This document shows positions 1 to 6,895 of a DNA stretch of 40,030 bases, in pieces. The stretch comes from Candidatus Giovannonibacteria bacterium RIFCSPLOWO2_12_FULL_44_15 (GTDB taxonomy: Bacteria; Patescibacteriota; Minisyncoccia; JACPKW01; UBA11713), in the NCBI GenBank assembly GCA_001778905.1, contig MFIQ01000002.1:1-40030 (forward strand). The letters are read 5' to 3'. The notes under the pieces are model-generated. The model did not search any database. It was not told the origin of the DNA and was given only the letters and a program-made list of their open reading frames with translations. How positions within the stretch are numbered: the stretch's first letter is position 1; each line of letters opens with the position of its first letter. A program made the position numbers and the translations under genes.

Positions 1-269
1 ATACCCGCAACGTCTTTTAGTAACTCTACGTCGGCCTCCAGCTTTTGTATGCGCCGTCTATGATCAACAAAAATTGCGCTATCCATGCGGGCTACGCGCT
101 TTTCAATTTTATCCAAACGCTCATTCGCTTCATTTAAGTGCTTATCTACTATATTAAATTGTTCATCAACCTCCTTAAACCCAGCTGCCATATCCTTCTT
201 AGAAGCTGTTTCATCGAAGCCTTTTTTCATCATCCGCGCCAAGTCATCTAATGTAGTTTTTTTAGCCAT
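1..269 (-). CDS. Small coiled-coil hypothetical protein (3' end runs off the window)
   Basis: Not in the ORF track. Read manually from ATG at 269: MAKKTTLDDLARMMKKGFDETASKKDMAAGFKEVDEQFNIVDKHLNEANERLDKIEKRVARMDSAIFVDHRRRIQKLEADVELLKDVAG..., open to position 1. Heptad pattern; TTGACA-N16-TAGACT promoter-like sequence just upstream. Confidence 0.8.
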   Translation of the reverse strand, partial: MAKKTTLDDLARMMKKGFDETASKKDMAAGFKEVDEQFNIVDKHLNEANERLDKIEKRVARMDSAIFVDHRRRIQKLEADVELLKDVAG

Positions 270-320
270 ATAACTCAAGTCTATATCTAAAAATTTTAGT
301 GTCAATGTATTTCATCTATA

Positions 321-340
321 CCCAAATTATGCCACAGAAA
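321..340. repeat. 20-bp module-boundary repeat, copy 1 (CCCAAATTATGCCACAGAAA)
   Basis: Exact copies at 321-340, 3829-3848 and 6055-6074, all intergenic and in the same orientation. Confidence 0.9.
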
Positions 341-368
341 TCCCTTGAGGATAAGGGATAAATTTTCA

Positions 369-1148
369 TTACCCAGCTAACTGATCCCAGAAAAGCCTCA
401 ATTTTGGATCATATTGATTTTTCGTCGAAACAGGGATAACGAAATCGTTATCCCATTTTTGATATTCACCAAAGAAAATTTTTCCAAACAAATCTTCATA
501 GTGCTTCATTTTATCCTCAAGAGAGTTGCCCTTAGAATATGCATCAAAAATCGAGAGAAATCCCGGATCATTTTCCTCTAAATATTTTACTGCCGCTTTT
601 TCTCCGCGCCACGAAATATCCCTGAAAGAAAAATAAGCGCTAATAAGTTCACTGACGCTATAAAGCAATCGCATTTCGAGAGCTTTTTTGTATAGATCAT
701 CCCCCGAGTAATATCGGAGGTTGGCAATATAATTATAATTAACCTTAACCCAAAAATCTTTTTTTTCTGAATCGGGAACTTTTTGGATTGGTGAATTTTT
801 GCTAAGTTTGTCCTTAAGCGCTGACAATAAATTTTCTGGGTCATATTCTATTTTCCCCTTAACCAACCATTCTAAAAACATTCCATCGAAATTGTTGCAA
901 AATACTTCCTGTTTATTTTTTACATGGTTCAGGAAATCAATATCAAAGAAAAAAATATCGGAAAAACGCTTTTCAATTGTCGTGTATACTAATTTAATTC
1001 CTTCGTTATTTTTATCTATAACAACAACTAAATCTATATCGCTTGATTGAGTAAGTCTTGAGGCGGTTGTGCCAGTTGTAAAAATTCCCTTCACCCGCGG
1101 CGAGGATTTCATTTTCTCGATTAAATCTGTTAGCGAAGAGTATTTCAT
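369..1148 (-). CDS. Pol-beta superfamily nucleotidyltransferase-domain protein
   Basis: GTTASRLTQSSDIDLVVV matches the hG[S/T]x9-13DhD NTase signature. Helical C-terminal domain. Substrate unknown. Confidence 0.75.
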   Translation of the reverse strand: MKYSSLTDLIEKMKSSPRVKGIFTTGTTASRLTQSSDIDLVVVIDKNNEGIKLVYTTIEKRFSDIFFFDIDFLNHVKNKQEVFCNNFDGMFLEWLVKGKIEYDPENLLSALKDKLSKNSPIQKVPDSEKKDFWVKVNYNYIANLRYYSGDDLYKKALEMRLLYSVSELISAYFSFRDISWRGEKAAVKYLEENDPGFLSIFDAYSKGNSLEDKMKHYEDLFGKIFFGEYQKWDNDFVIPVSTKNQYDPKLRLFWDQLAG

Positions 1149-1197
1149 AAAGAATCCGACACTTACAGGTTATCAATTATTTGGTCTATACTCAATA

Positions 1198-1227
1198 GAA
1201 ACCCCCGCGCTCCGAAGAACGCAGGGG
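1198..1227 (-). terminator. Probable intrinsic terminator after MTAP
   Basis: Minus strand CCCCTGCGTTC-TTCG-GAGCGCGGGG followed by GTTTC (short U tract). Confidence 0.55.
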
Positions 1228-1241
1228 CCGATTCACAGACT

Positions 1242-2111
1242 TTAACCATTCGCCAGTTTGTAATACTCTGCGAGTCTGTCCGTTGCGCAGTTACATTTCG
1301 TAATCTCTTCTGCAGCCACAGAAAGTTTTTCGAGTAACGTTACGGTTGCCGAAGTATTGCGGCGGAATATAGCAAGCACAATTTCTATAGATTCAGCTTG
1401 CATTGAGATCGCACTAGGAATGCCGACATCATAATCAGTTACCGTAGCAACTGCTCCGTAACAAAGTCCTAGCTCGTGCGCGAAGTAGCATTCAGGATAT
1501 TGCGTCATATTCACAACATCCCCGCCCCAAAGCGCGAACATCTTGCTCTCGGCAATGGTTGAGAACCTAGGTCCCTGGATAACAATCACAGTACCAGTGG
1601 CTCTGTACGATACACCCATGGTCTTAAGTTCACGATTCACGATGCCCTGCATCTGCTCGCAGTAGGGCTGCGCCATCGGCAAATGAACAAGTTGGTGATC
1701 AACCTCAAATGTGTCGTCGCGACCCCACGTGAAATTGATGAACTGATTGGGAACTACAAACGTTCCCGGTTCAATCTCTTTTCGGAGACTACTTACTACA
1801 CACGTCCCAATCACATGCCGCACACCAAGCGACTTCATCGCCGCGAGATTTGCCTTGTACGGAACTTTGTGCGGAGGAATCGCATGTTTAGAGCCGTGTC
1901 TTGGCAGAAAAGCAATACGCTCCCCGCAAAGTTCGCCAACGCTGATCGGTCCAGACGGTTTCCCGTAGAGGGTTTCCGTTTCAACAATTTCAGAGATTGT
2001 CAGTCCCGGCAGTACATAGAGGCCCGATCCGCCGATAACTCCAATAAGTGATCTGTCCTTGGCGGAGGGATTTTGCTTGTTCTTCAGGTAAGAGATTCCA
2101 GATGAGCTCAT
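1242..2111 (-). CDS. mtnP: S-methyl-5'-thioadenosine phosphorylase (MTAP, PNP family 2)
   Basis: Motifs IGVIGGSGLY, FLPRHG..H.IPPHKVPYKAN, IQGPRFSTIAES, VVNMTQYPE, VTDYD. AAGGAG SD upstream of ATG 2111. Confidence 0.9.
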   Translation of the reverse strand: MSSSGISYLKNKQNPSAKDRSLIGVIGGSGLYVLPGLTISEIVETETLYGKPSGPISVGELCGERIAFLPRHGSKHAIPPHKVPYKANLAAMKSLGVRHVIGTCVVSSLRKEIEPGTFVVPNQFINFTWGRDDTFEVDHQLVHLPMAQPYCEQMQGIVNRELKTMGVSYRATGTVIVIQGPRFSTIAESKMFALWGGDVVNMTQYPECYFAHELGLCYGAVATVTDYDVGIPSAISMQAESIEIVLAIFRRNTSATVTLLEKLSVAAEEITKCNCATDRLAEYYKLANG

Positions 2112-3450
2112 ACATTATCTCCTTTGTGAATATGGCGTTATTTGCGTCTCGCGCAATGGCATCACCGCAAAGTTCCGAAGAACTCCACGCGCAACCTCCA
2201 CCATCGAGTACACAGTTATTGTCATCCGCCATGACTGAATCGTTAAATAAAGGCAGACGATATCTCCACTTTTTCACCGTTTCTGTTTGTCCAATCCTGA
2301 ACGTGCTAGGCAACTCTCTGACATCCCCCTGATCAAAACGAAGAAATGGGCAGTTGCTCACTTGACCGTCTGCTTGGATAACCAGTTGGTTGCCGTAGCA
2401 AGTGCAATCAACTGAAAACGGTAGGCCGTTTCGGAGAGCAATTAGTTTTTTTTCAAGTTGGTACTCATAACACGGCTCGTTTTCAGCCATACTAGTCAAT
2501 CCAGACAGAACACCGTGAGCGGCTACTCGGCAATAATCTTCTGCGCTCTTCCCCGCAAGTTCGCGAATGAGAGCTTCGCCCTTCATCAAGTTGAAGCCAA
2601 ACTTGGCCACACCCAATTTCCACAGGAAGTCTGGGTATTCTGCTAATCTATAGACGTTCGCCGGAGTGATAGTTACAGAAGCCATAACGCGCACGCCATT
2701 ATCAGCAAGCTGTTTGATAGCACGCTCGATGACAGCAAAAGTTGTATCGCCATTACTTGTGATGCGAAAACGATCGTTATGTTCTTCCGGGCCATCCACG
2801 CCAATTGCAACCGTTACTCCGTAGTAAGCAAATAACTTTGACAAACGCTCATCTACTAAGAAGCCGTTAGTGCAGAGCATAAGTTCAAGCTTTTCAGGGA
2901 GTCGCCCCGCACTTTTCTCCCCATCAACATACGGCAAAAGCTGTTCAAAGATTTCCCTATTCAATAGAGGCTCTCCTCCATAGAAAATCAAGAAGTACGG
3001 ATTGTTGTCTTGCGAGCACTCCTCGATATGCTTTTGCCAAAGGGCGATGCCGGCAACAGCATCCTCGAATGACATTAGACGTTCGCCGTATCGTCTGGCG
3101 AGTGCGGGGATCGGACAGTATGTGCACTTAAAATTGCAGCCTTGCGCCATCATTAGATACAAAATGGTCGGCCGGTTGAATATCTGTAAAATTTGCCTGC
3201 GTGAAGATTCAAGTGCCTTACAGTCGATATCGGAATTATCAATCAGCAATCTTCTGTCCATAAGTTCTCGAACAATGCCGTTATTCAATCTCGTTCGCGC
3301 GCTTATTTCAGAGACAGTATCACACCAACTCTTGCTAGATAAATATATGGGTTCCGGATGTAATTGATGAATAACGGCAACCAGATCATCTCTCTCGAGT
3401 ATGCGCAAGAAACGAGATATAAACACCGGGTTTATAGCAGAATTTTCCAC
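1990..3450 (-). CDS. Radical SAM protein with degenerate SPASM/twitch domain, putative peptide maturase
   Basis: CNFKCTYC motif, FYGGEPLLN, TNG and VDGPEEHNDRFR. C-terminal CTC..QLVIQADGQVSNCPF and GGGC. Start re-assigned to GTG 3450 behind AAGGAGGAG; the track start at 3573 crosses a terminator. Confidence 0.9.
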   Translation of the reverse strand: MENSAINPVFISRFLRILERDDLVAVIHQLHPEPIYLSSKSWCDTVSEISARTRLNNGIVRELMDRRLLIDNSDIDCKALESSRRQILQIFNRPTILYLMMAQGCNFKCTYCPIPALARRYGERLMSFEDAVAGIALWQKHIEECSQDNNPYFLIFYGGEPLLNREIFEQLLPYVDGEKSAGRLPEKLELMLCTNGFLVDERLSKLFAYYGVTVAIGVDGPEEHNDRFRITSNGDTTFAVIERAIKQLADNGVRVMASVTITPANVYRLAEYPDFLWKLGVAKFGFNLMKGEALIRELAGKSAEDYCRVAAHGVLSGLTSMAENEPCYEYQLEKKLIALRNGLPFSVDCTCYGNQLVIQADGQVSNCPFLRFDQGDVRELPSTFRIGQTETVKKWRYRLPLFNDSVMADDNNCVLDGGGCAWSSSELCGDAIARDANNAIFTKEIMYELIWNLLPEEQAKSLRQGQITYWSYRRIGPLCTAGTDNL

Positions 3451-3467
3451 TATCTCCTCCTTTTCTG

Positions 3468-3504
3468 AAAAAAGCCCCTGCGTCTCCGTTGGAGGGCAGG
3501 GGCT
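3468..3504 (-). terminator. Intrinsic terminator/attenuator between the small Cys peptide gene and the radical SAM gene
   Basis: Minus strand AGCCCCTGC-CCTCCAACGGAGAC-GCAGGGGCT followed by a T run. Confidence 0.75.
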
Positions 3505-3533
3505 AATGTGCTGATCCTTTGCGGAGTGTTTGG

Positions 3534-3716
3534 TTACGCTTCCAAATTGACTTTGGTAAGCGCCTCCCGCCACTGCTCTTTGGTTAGTGTTACTTTGCCG
3601 CCGTCGTCATCGGTTATTACAATTTTGTCGTGATGAATTTCCACGACAGGGCAACATCCCTGGCCACCACAGAGCTGGACGCGCGTAATTGCTCCGCCTT
3701 GATCGATCTTGGTCAT
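3534..3716 (-). CDS. 60-aa Cys-motif small protein, candidate RiPP precursor or substrate
   Basis: MTKIDQGGAITRVQLCGGQGCCPVVEIHHDKIVITDDDGGKVTLTKEQWREALTKVNLEA. Strong SD (AAGGAGGTG) before ATG 3716. First gene of the radical SAM operon. Confidence 0.75.
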   Translation of the reverse strand: MTKIDQGGAITRVQLCGGQGCCPVVEIHHDKIVITDDDGGKVTLTKEQWREALTKVNLEA

Positions 3717-3828
3717 CTTTCTCACCTCCTTTCTTTTTTAAACTTCAATAGAATACTATCATACATAATACATAAACTTACCCAATACTATATTAAAAAA
3801 TGTATATAAAATATTGTCAAATTTACCA

Positions 3829-3848
3829 CCCAAATTATGCCACAGAAA
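3829..3848. repeat. 20-bp module-boundary repeat, copy 2
   Basis: Exact match to 321-340 and 6055-6074. Confidence 0.9.
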
Positions 3849-3860
3849 CCGAGAAAAATT

Positions 3861-3886
3861 AAAGAGGAGCTCATGGGCTCCTCTTT
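3861..3886. terminator. Hairpin terminator after the phospholipase C-like gene
   Basis: AAAGAGGAGC-TCATGG-GCTCCTCTTT inverted repeat 20 nt past the stop. Confidence 0.65.
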
Positions 3887-3905
3887 ATGGTTTGGTTTTT
3901 GTAAA

Positions 3906-5519
3906 TTATTCTGGTACCTCCTTTGGGAAAATCTCCATTGAAACAGCGTCTAATTCCAAGACAAACAATATTGGACTCGGAATAACATTAAATAAACTCA
4001 CAAAAATCAGCTCCAATTCCTCAATTGTAATGTCCGAACAGCTGGGAACAAAATCTTTGATGCTATCTAGTCTCATTTCAACGCTTCTCTGCGACTCGAT
4101 AATTGAATAGCCATGGATTCCGTTTACGGGCGCGGTCAAAATTGCGTCCTGTTGCGTTCCTACTCCGCATTCCGGCCTCCCCCTTATCCCCCACCCAGTC
4201 GTAATATTCCACCCGTCAACTAAAGTTGAATCTGTTCTTGGGTATACATTCAAGGCAAGGCCATTTTTCACGCCAGCAAGAGATATGGGCTTCGCAAAAT
4301 AAAAATCACCAAATTCTTCAGGGGGCGTAGATATTATAATGTTATCCCCGGGATTTTTCGGATCGCCTTGGATGAAACATAAATAAATCAGCGCACCTAC
4401 TTGAGGAATTTCACAATCAGAAGCATTAACCTCCATCCAGAACAGGCGATACAATCCCGCGACGGCTTTGATAGCATGCGGGACTAGCGCTTCGGCAGCT
4501 TTATTAAGACCGATTTTGTTATCCTTACCGTTCAACGACTCTATTTGTCGCGGTTGGCTTACAATATTTTCGGCTGCTACCTCACCTTCCCAAAGATTAG
4601 GAACAAAAATACTTTGCGTCCCGTCTTTCCGCGCATATAAGCCGTTATCGCCGCTTCCCATCTCTGGATCGAAAATATCCCCATCGCTTGCGAAATACTG
4701 AGTCTTTTGAGCCACATAGTAGAAAAGCTTGCCAATCGGGGTTACCTCTTTAAGCACCACCGACCAGTCAAAATCTGGAGGAATATTTGGAAGGAAGTCT
4801 GGATTGTATTCTTTGCTTCCCAATTCTTTTCCCTTTCCTAGAATATACTTCGAGATGTTTTTCCGTTTCCCCATGAACTGCTCAAAAGCATCATCTTCAG
4901 CCGAAGGTCCTTTCCCGGAACAGTGTTTAATAATGAAACTTCTTAGCAACCCTGTGTGGATGTCATTATGAACATGCGCCGGAACTGCCAAGTCTGTCAG
5001 TAAATGGGCCACCTTGCCAAGAACATAATAACTCTGTTCAAAATCAGTCAGCGCGTAAAGAAATTTGGCAGTATCGTACAATTCTTTAGCCCTTTCGAAA
5101 GCGCCTCCATACGACAGGCAACTGCCAAAAGAAACGAGACTGCTGCGAAAGGTAGCGCCGACATCAAGCTCAAAATGTTCGTCAAACAAATCTGGATTCC
5201 AGAAATGCTCGGAAACAGACAGAGTTTCGATGTTGTTTTTTCGATCTGTTATTTTCGTCGCGTCTTCTTCGGCACTCCCCACAATAATGTCGTCCCCTTC
5301 ATCATAATCAGCGCACGAATTTTTAAAAATACACTTCGCAGATACATTTTCGTAACGACCTATGTTCTCTTTTGAAGCATAATCCTTCAGCTCTTGCGGG
5401 ACATCTTCCCAAACATCAATCGCCTCGCGCGCGATATGCTGATGGGTCACAATCTCGTGACCATAGGCAGTTGAATATGATAAGATGAGAATCAGAACAC
5501 TCAATCCAAATCCAAACAT
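3906..5519 (-). CDS. Secreted Zn-dependent phospholipase C / P1 nuclease-like protein with additional C-terminal domain
   Basis: Signal peptide, then HEIVTHQHIAREA, EHFWNPD, LGKVAHLLTDLAVPAHVHND and DDAFEQF (Zn-ligand pattern of the PLC/P1 fold). AGGAGG SD. Confidence 0.7.
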   Translation of the reverse strand: MFGFGLSVLILILSYSTAYGHEIVTHQHIAREAIDVWEDVPQELKDYASKENIGRYENVSAKCIFKNSCADYDEGDDIIVGSAEEDATKITDRKNNIETLSVSEHFWNPDLFDEHFELDVGATFRSSLVSFGSCLSYGGAFERAKELYDTAKFLYALTDFEQSYYVLGKVAHLLTDLAVPAHVHNDIHTGLLRSFIIKHCSGKGPSAEDDAFEQFMGKRKNISKYILGKGKELGSKEYNPDFLPNIPPDFDWSVVLKEVTPIGKLFYYVAQKTQYFASDGDIFDPEMGSGDNGLYARKDGTQSIFVPNLWEGEVAAENIVSQPRQIESLNGKDNKIGLNKAAEALVPHAIKAVAGLYRLFWMEVNASDCEIPQVGALIYLCFIQGDPKNPGDNIIISTPPEEFGDFYFAKPISLAGVKNGLALNVYPRTDSTLVDGWNITTGWGIRGRPECGVGTQQDAILTAPVNGIHGYSIIESQRSVEMRLDSIKDFVPSCSDITIEELELIFVSLFNVIPSPILFVLELDAVSMEIFPKEVPE

Positions 5520-5752
5520 AAATCCTCCTTATGAAAAGACGAATTGTTTCACTATTGGCTGCAATCATCATTGCATTAGGCTTGTTTTATCTTCTCCTTG
5601 ATTTAGCTCTTAAGTCTGGCGGTAATCCTTAATTAGTTTTTGAAGCAACTTATTTCCCCTAAAAATAATATATTTCTCACAAATTGTCCACAAAAACAAA
5701 CCGCCTCGGCTTCGATAGCGCGAGGCAGTGGTGGCATAAAATTAAGTCTACT

Positions 5753-6007
5753 TTAAATTTCGACTCCGAGCTTATCGCGGATGATTTTCTTTATACGATT
5801 GTGCTCGGCCTTCAGGGTTACGAATTCGAAAGTCTTTTCTAGTAGGGCTGGAAATTCATCCCGCGTCGGCACATTCTTCATCCGCTCTCCCAATCCGTCA
5901 ACTTTTTTTTCAATCCTAACAACATCGCCAGCTAAATCGTTTAAATCCTTCGCCTTAGCAATACCATTGAGTGCTTCTTTCAGATCTCGTTTTGTAATCG
6001 GATTCAT
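5753..6007 (-). CDS. Small coiled-coil hypothetical protein
   Basis: 84-aa ORF, heptad-rich, similar in character to the 1-269 protein (ends ...RIKKIIRDKLGVEI). Confidence 0.75.
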   Translation of the reverse strand: MNPITKRDLKEALNGIAKAKDLNDLAGDVVRIEKKVDGLGERMKNVPTRDEFPALLEKTFEFVTLKAEHNRIKKIIRDKLGVEI

Positions 6008-6054
6008 GTATTATATTTTACTGCGAGAGTAAAATCATCGCAATCCCCCACATC

Positions 6055-6074
6055 CCCAAATTATGCCACAGAAA
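6055..6074. repeat. 20-bp module-boundary repeat, copy 3
   Basis: Exact match to copies 1 and 2. ATAAGGG lies 10 nt further on, as in copy 1. Confidence 0.9.
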
Positions 6075-6119
6075 TAGGAGAAAAATAAGGGGAAAATAAA
6101 AAACACAGGGCGAACAAAG

Positions 6120-6725
6120 TTATTGCAAATCCTGAATTTTTTTCTTCAAGATCTCCGTTCCTGCTTCCCTGCTCGCGGCATCAAGATTAAAAACTTTTCC
6201 GAATGTTACCCTGATATATCCCCGTCTGGTTTTAATGTGAATGGGTAGGATGAGGACTTTCGCCTCGAGGGCAAGGGCCGAAGTCCCGTGATAGAAATAT
6301 CCAAGCTCGTCTCCGCGGATCAAAAATCCTTCCGGAAACATCAAAACTGTCCCTCCTTTTTCTAATATCCTCGTCGGAAATTTAATCGCTTTCTCTATCC
6401 CCTGCCCGCGCCCCGAAGGAAACCCTCCGGTCAATAAATAAAATAATTTTAAAATCCTTAATCTGGCGATTAGTCTCAGTACCTTCGACCGGAAATCAAA
6501 TTCCTCCGTGATATACCGCCCGGGCAAAATCGGCGAGAGCCACGGCATGGAAATAACAATAAGAAAACCGTCCAGTAGCGTTTTATGGTTTGAAACTATT
6601 ATCAGGGGTGCCCTGACACCCGTTAAATTCTCCCTGCCGCGCACTTCGATCTTATAGAAAATCCGTAAAATAATCCCGGCAATTGGCCAGATTAAAAAAT
6701 ACTGAATAAACCAATAAAAAATCAC
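6120..6725 (-). CDS. plsC: 1-acyl-sn-glycerol-3-phosphate acyltransferase (PlsC family)
   Basis: NHKTLLD (HX4D) and MFPEG motifs. Confidence 0.8.
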   Translation of the reverse strand: MIFYWFIQYFLIWPIAGIILRIFYKIEVRGRENLTGVRAPLIIVSNHKTLLDGFLIVISMPWLSPILPGRYITEEFDFRSKVLRLIARLRILKLFYLLTGGFPSGRGQGIEKAIKFPTRILEKGGTVLMFPEGFLIRGDELGYFYHGTSALALEAKVLILPIHIKTRRGYIRVTFGKVFNLDAASREAGTEILKKKIQDLQ

Positions 6726-6739
6726 CAGTTTATTATAGC

Positions 6740-6774
6740 AAAAAAGGCGTCGTCCTGTGAGACAACGCCTTTTT
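6740..6774. terminator. Bidirectional intrinsic terminator
   Basis: AAAAAAGGCGTCGTC-CTGTGA-GACAACGCCTTTTT. Confidence 0.75.
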
Positions 6775-6787
6775 GGTCATGATTTTA

Positions 6788-6880
6788 CTAACTTCTCTAC
6801 CCTTCGGACTATGCCTCAGGAATAGACTAATGATTCTTGGCATACCCGTCGGACAACGCCTCGGGGGTATGCAAAGTTAG
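6788..6880. other. Structured intergenic element, candidate ncRNA or cis-regulatory RNA
   Basis: Closing stem CTAACTT/AAGTTAG. Internal helices GCATACCC/GGGTATGC and TATGCC/GGCATA are mutually exclusive. No known family recognised. Confidence 0.35.
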
Positions 6881-6895
6881 CGCAAACGAACTATT

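Noticed and set aside
3451-3573. N-terminal extension of the radical SAM ORF in the track
   Set aside because: Crosses a terminator and overlaps the peptide gene; GTG 3450 has a strong SD.
5520-5660. Possible small ORF upstream of the PLC-like gene
   Set aside because: No convincing start plus open frame; treated as leader or degraded sequence.
5684-5692. TTGTCCACA DnaA-box-like 9-mer as an origin signal
   Set aside because: Single copy with no box cluster or dnaA; better explained as a degenerate copy of the 20-bp repeat or chance.
321-6074. 20-bp repeats as a CRISPR array or attC sites
   Set aside because: Spacing is kilobases, there are no cas genes, and there is no RYYYAAC/GTTRRRY palindromic attC structure.
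6788-6880. Structured element as SRP RNA, 6S RNA or a known riboswitch
   Set aside because: Lacks the SRP helix-8 GNRA/AGCAG motif, is too short for 6S, and has no recognisable aptamer consensus; kept only as an unknown candidate.
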